16,665 nt of DNA, taken from positions 1 to 16,665 of the forward strand of contig JAYENL010000001.1 of the NCBI GenBank assembly GCA_034722055.1. The letters are read 5' to 3'. The stretch is from Armatimonadota bacterium. Lineage in GTDB: Bacteria > Armatimonadota > Zipacnadia > Zipacnadales > UBA5352. Below, in pieces: positions 13,506 to 16,665 of this stretch. Below the pieces are notes generated by a model, which was not told where the DNA came from, did not search any database, and worked only from the letters and a program-made list of their open reading frames with translations. The translations under genes were made by a program, and so were the position numbers. How positions within the stretch are numbered: the first letter of the stretch is position 1; the number at the start of each line of letters is the position of its first letter.

Positions 13506-16325
13506 ATGAGACGCCCAAGACTGCTGGCGCTGGCGCTCTGTGGCTGTCTGCTCGCCGCCGCGGCCCCGGCCGCGGAGCTTGAGTGCGGTTCACTGGCCGT
13601 CACGCTGGACGAGGCGACCGGTCGCATCACCGGTGCGCGGCTGCCGCAGCTCGACCGGGCGCTCGGCCTGACCGGCGGTCTGCGTCTGACTGAGGGCGCT
13701 GAGGAGCGGGAGATCGCGCTTGGGGACGCGACTTTCGAGGCCGCCCGTGCGCCGCGCCTGCTCTTCCAGCCGGAGGGCGAGGGGCTGACCGTCGCCTGCA
13801 CGATCCGCGCCGAGGCCGGCTGGCTGGCGTGGGACGTGACGCTGCGCAACGATGCCGACCGACAGCGGCTGCTGGCTCTGTCGCTGCCCGTGGAGGTGCC
13901 GGCCGATGGTCCGCCGGCCTGCTACGACGGCTACCTGGAGGAGCCGGCGCTGGAGGAGCCGTTCGACGGCCCTCGGTACCGCACGCCCATTCCGCTGTGC
14001 GCGGCCTGGAGCGAGGCCGGGGGCGCCGCGGTGGGCATCAGCCCCAGGGAGCACCTCTCCTTCATCGCCACGCGCGGCGAGCCGCTGGCGGACGCCGGCG
14101 CGCGCATCGAGACCTGCACCCGCATCGTGCTCGACCCCGGGCAGCAGCTTCAGGTGGAGCTGCTGCTGTGCGGGATGAGCGGCCGGTGGGGCAGGGGCGA
14201 GGCGCTGCACTGGTGGTACGCCTCGGCGCCGGAGCTGTTCCGGCCCGCCGGGGGCATCGACCCCCGGGTGCTGCGCGCCAGCGGCCAGTACCTGGCCTGG
14301 AAGCGCAATCCGCTGATCCAGGAGGACTACGCTGTCCGCGAGCGTGCCCGACGCTGCCACGTGGGCTGGGACTGGTGCATCGGGCCCTTCAAGCGGGTCG
14401 GTGACATCGTGGCGCGTAAGGAGTGGTTCGACTACGACCCGGCGCTTCCGGAGCGGATGGACGAGACCGACAGGCTTCCGTGGTCGGAGTATCGCGCGCA
14501 GCGCAGGGCGCGCTTCCAGACCGGCGAGCGGCTCGGCGTGGCCATGCTCTTCTACACCCCGTCGCAGATCTGGTGCGAGGAGCAGCTTGCGCGGGAGCAC
14601 TTCGAGGACGCCATCGTCAGGGACCCGTCAGTGAGCACCCGCCACCCGAACGGCTACGTGAAGCGCCACGAGGCGGTCGTGCGCGTCTTCCCCCACAATA
14701 CGAGCTGGGGGGAGCAGTCGAAGCGGGACCTGGCGGAGGTGTCCGAGCAGCTCGGGCTCTACGGCTTCGCCTTCGACACCGCCACCGGTCCCGCGAAGTA
14801 CCGCGGGCCGGGGATGGACGGGCTGCCCGAGCGCGGCTGGGATGAGGATGGCCCCTTCGTGCGCGAGGGCGTGGCCATCCGCCGGCTCATGGAGCATGTG
14901 CACACGCTGGAGCATGAGGATGGCACCACCGTGGCGGTGGTGGCGAACATCCGCCACAGCGCCGACTACAACTGCTGCATGGGGGCGGACGCGGCGCTGT
15001 TCGAGGGCGAGCCCTGGAAGGGCCTCCGCGGCCGCGAGTGGGCACTGCGCGACGCCATCGGCACCAAGCCCGCCTGCTGGTGGGAGCATTACGCGCTGGA
15101 CAGCCTGGTGGACTATGAGAACATGACACGCGAGGAGATCGCGGCGGCCTACCAGGGCATGGCCGACTTCACCGCCATCGAGAGCCTGCACATGGGCTTC
15201 TGGCCCACGGCCGCCTACTCCCGCGGCTTCGAGTCCATGACCCGGCGCTACCTGCCGCGCATCGAGGCCTGCATCGCGGCGGGCTGGCAGCCGGTGACCG
15301 CCGCGCACAGCGACGACTTCACCTGGATCACACGCTACGGGAGCGGCCTGGGGACGCACATTGCGGTCGGCAACGAGACCGCGGAGCCGGCGGAGGGCAC
15401 GCTGGCTCTCTCTCGGGAGTGGCTTGATGCGCCGCTGCCGGTGCCCACCGTGGCGCTGCTGGCGGAGATCCCCATCATCGGCAAGCTCTTCCGCCGGCCC
15501 GGCGCACTCGTCTTCACAGCGTTCGACGGCGGCTCGCTGACCACGCGGGTCGAGCCGGAGACCCTCACCGTGAGCGGCGTGAGCGTGCCCCGCCGCGCGG
15601 CGGAGGTGGTGGCGGCCTGTGCGGTGCTGGACCTCCCGGCCGGGTCCTCAGCGACCGCCCAGTGGACCGGCGACCGCGTACGCCGGACGCTGGCTCTCAC
15701 CGTCGAGGCGCCGGAGGACGTGGCGCCCTGTGGGGGAGTTCGCGTCCCCGATGGGATGCGCGTCGCCGCGGCCCGCATCGACGGCGAGGACGTCGCGTGC
15801 CGCGAGCACCGGGGCACGGCGTTCTTCGCCGACGAGGGCCAGCGGCGCGAGTACCGCGTCGAGATGGATTTGGTCTCGTCGATCATCGAGCCGGCGCAGG
15901 AGGAGCTTCTGGCGGTGGACTTCCTGTTCGGGGACCAGCCCGCCGGTTACGTGGTCATTCTCGGCGAGGCCACGGAGGCCGAGGAGCTCGCCGCGGAGCG
16001 GATCGTGCACTACTTCCAGTGGTTCGTGGCATCCGAGCGCGGCGTGGAGGAGCCGGAGCCGTTCCCGGTGGTGCGCGGGGAGATTCCGCGCGATGACTCG
16101 TTGATGATCGTCATAGACCTGGGGGGCGAGGCGCCGGGGGTGAGGCTGCCGGACGCGCGGCACCTGGAGGTCACGGCGCCGGACGCGGACGGCCTGGAGC
16201 GGGCCGTCGATGAGCTGCTGCACGTGCTGGACGCCGAGTACGTGGCACCGCCGACCTTCGTGTGGCGGCGGTCAACCAACGAGGCCGGGCTTATCGGCGA
16301 GTGGCTGCCCGACCCGGTGCGGTGA
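13506..16325 (+). CDS. Large secreted hypothetical protein, possible glycoside hydrolase of unassigned family, 939 aa
   Basis: Signal peptide MRRPRLLALALCGCLLAAAAPA; beta-rich N-terminal region; alpha/beta central region with LYGFAFDT and AALFEG acidic strand-end motifs; C-terminal alpha/beta domain. SD GGAGGAG upstream. The CDS is secure but the function is inferred. Confidence 0.7.
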   Translation: MRRPRLLALALCGCLLAAAAPAAELECGSLAVTLDEATGRITGARLPQLDRALGLTGGLRLTEGAEEREIALGDATFEAARAPRLLFQPEGEGLTVACTIRAEAGWLAWDVTLRNDADRQRLLALSLPVEVPADGPPACYDGYLEEPALEEPFDGPRYRTPIPLCAAWSEAGGAAVGISPREHLSFIATRGEPLADAGARIETCTRIVLDPGQQLQVELLLCGMSGRWGRGEALHWWYASAPELFRPAGGIDPRVLRASGQYLAWKRNPLIQEDYAVRERARRCHVGWDWCIGPFKRVGDIVARKEWFDYDPALPERMDETDRLPWSEYRAQRRARFQTGERLGVAMLFYTPSQIWCEEQLAREHFEDAIVRDPSVSTRHPNGYVKRHEAVVRVFPHNTSWGEQSKRDLAEVSEQLGLYGFAFDTATGPAKYRGPGMDGLPERGWDEDGPFVREGVAIRRLMEHVHTLEHEDGTTVAVVANIRHSADYNCCMGADAALFEGEPWKGLRGREWALRDAIGTKPACWWEHYALDSLVDYENMTREEIAAAYQGMADFTAIESLHMGFWPTAAYSRGFESMTRRYLPRIEACIAAGWQPVTAAHSDDFTWITRYGSGLGTHIAVGNETAEPAEGTLALSREWLDAPLPVPTVALLAEIPIIGKLFRRPGALVFTAFDGGSLTTRVEPETLTVSGVSVPRRAAEVVAACAVLDLPAGSSATAQWTGDRVRRTLALTVEAPEDVAPCGGVRVPDGMRVAAARIDGEDVACREHRGTAFFADEGQRREYRVEMDLVSSIIEPAQEELLAVDFLFGDQPAGYVVILGEATEAEELAAERIVHYFQWFVASERGVEEPEPFPVVRGEIPRDDSLMIVIDLGGEAPGVRLPDARHLEVTAPDADGLERAVDELLHVLDAEYVAPPTFVWRRSTNEAGLIGEWLPDPVR

Positions 16326-16341
16326 CCCGCTGCGGGCTACA

Positions 16342-16551
16342 ACCGCAGGCTGGAAGCCTGCGCCACGGGGTGGTGGAGACAGGATGCGTGGCGTGTTGCC
16401 GTCCGGAGGGGCGGCGTGCCTACGCCGCCCGCCGTTTTCGTTCGCAATGGTCACGACCGCAGGCTGGAAGCCCGCGCCACGGGGTGAGGATGATTGCTGG
16501 GATGGCATCACGCATCCGGGGCGATCTGTGGGGCAGGCATCCCTGCCTGCC
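16342..16551. repeat. BIME-like cluster of alternating REP-like elements
   Basis: The 31-nt direct repeat ACCGCAGGCTGGAAGCC(T/C)GCGCCACGGGGTG occurs at 16342-16372 and 16456-16486 (1 mismatch). It alternates with + strand hairpins GGAG-GGGCGGCGT-gcct-ACGCCGCCC (16405-16430) and GTGG-GGCAGGCA-tccc-TGCCTGCC (16528-16551). Confidence 0.85.
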
Positions 16552-16665
16552 ATCGTTCGTCGCGGCCATGCCAGACCGTCTGTAAGGTCGGAAGGACCGC
16601 AGGACCATGATAGCGAATGCCATGCTGTGGCGAGGCCGTAGATGCCATCAATCGTGGACGGGAGG

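Noticed and set aside
13506..16325. Calling the 939-aa protein a secretin (GspD/PilQ)
   Set aside because: Only a 16-aa motif matches; the secretin beta-barrel context and N-domains are not evident.
16405..16442. Rho-independent terminator after the + strand operon
   Set aside because: The hairpin is a REP-family element, and the following T-run is short (TTTT) and offset from the stem; not enough to call.
16210..16641. Short ORFs over the right-hand repeat cluster (and 91-753, 107-343 at the left end)
   Set aside because: They are translations of REP repeats (repeated TAGWKPAPRG) with no SD or coding-like composition.

Overview
Very GC-rich (about 70%) bacterial chromosomal DNA with ten credible protein-coding genes; no rRNA, tRNA, CRISPR array or transposase is recognisable. 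Minus strand, left to right: DNA polymerase IV (dinB), preceded by a near-consensus sigma70 promoter and a Gram-positive-type LexA box; a membrane-anchored protein ending in a DUF1559/H-X9-DG-like domain; a DUF4349 lipoprotein with an ECF-type promoter; a secreted clan GH-A glycoside hydrolase with two CBM4_9-like modules; a PPC/DUF296 protein; a lower-GC AlbA_2(Schlafen)-HATPase_c_4-wHTH gene; and a 78-aa hypothetical protein. Plus strand: a probable three-gene operon of secreted carbohydrate-active or carbohydrate-binding proteins. Four regions (1-492, 1840-2110, 7424-7475, 16325-16551) are mosaics of REP-like palindromes. The most notable observations are (i) a secretin-type amphipathic motif (VALLAEIPIIGKLFRR) inside a putative glycoside hydrolase, (ii) a recurring GCAGGT-N14/15-nGnGAAGT promoter-like motif upstream of three or four genes, (iii) an apparently circularly permuted CBM inserted in a GH42/GHL6-like enzyme, and (iv) an H-X9-DG domain without its usual prepilin leader. 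The gene content suggests Armatimonadota or a relative (inference only). All domain calls come from motif recognition by eye, not database searches.
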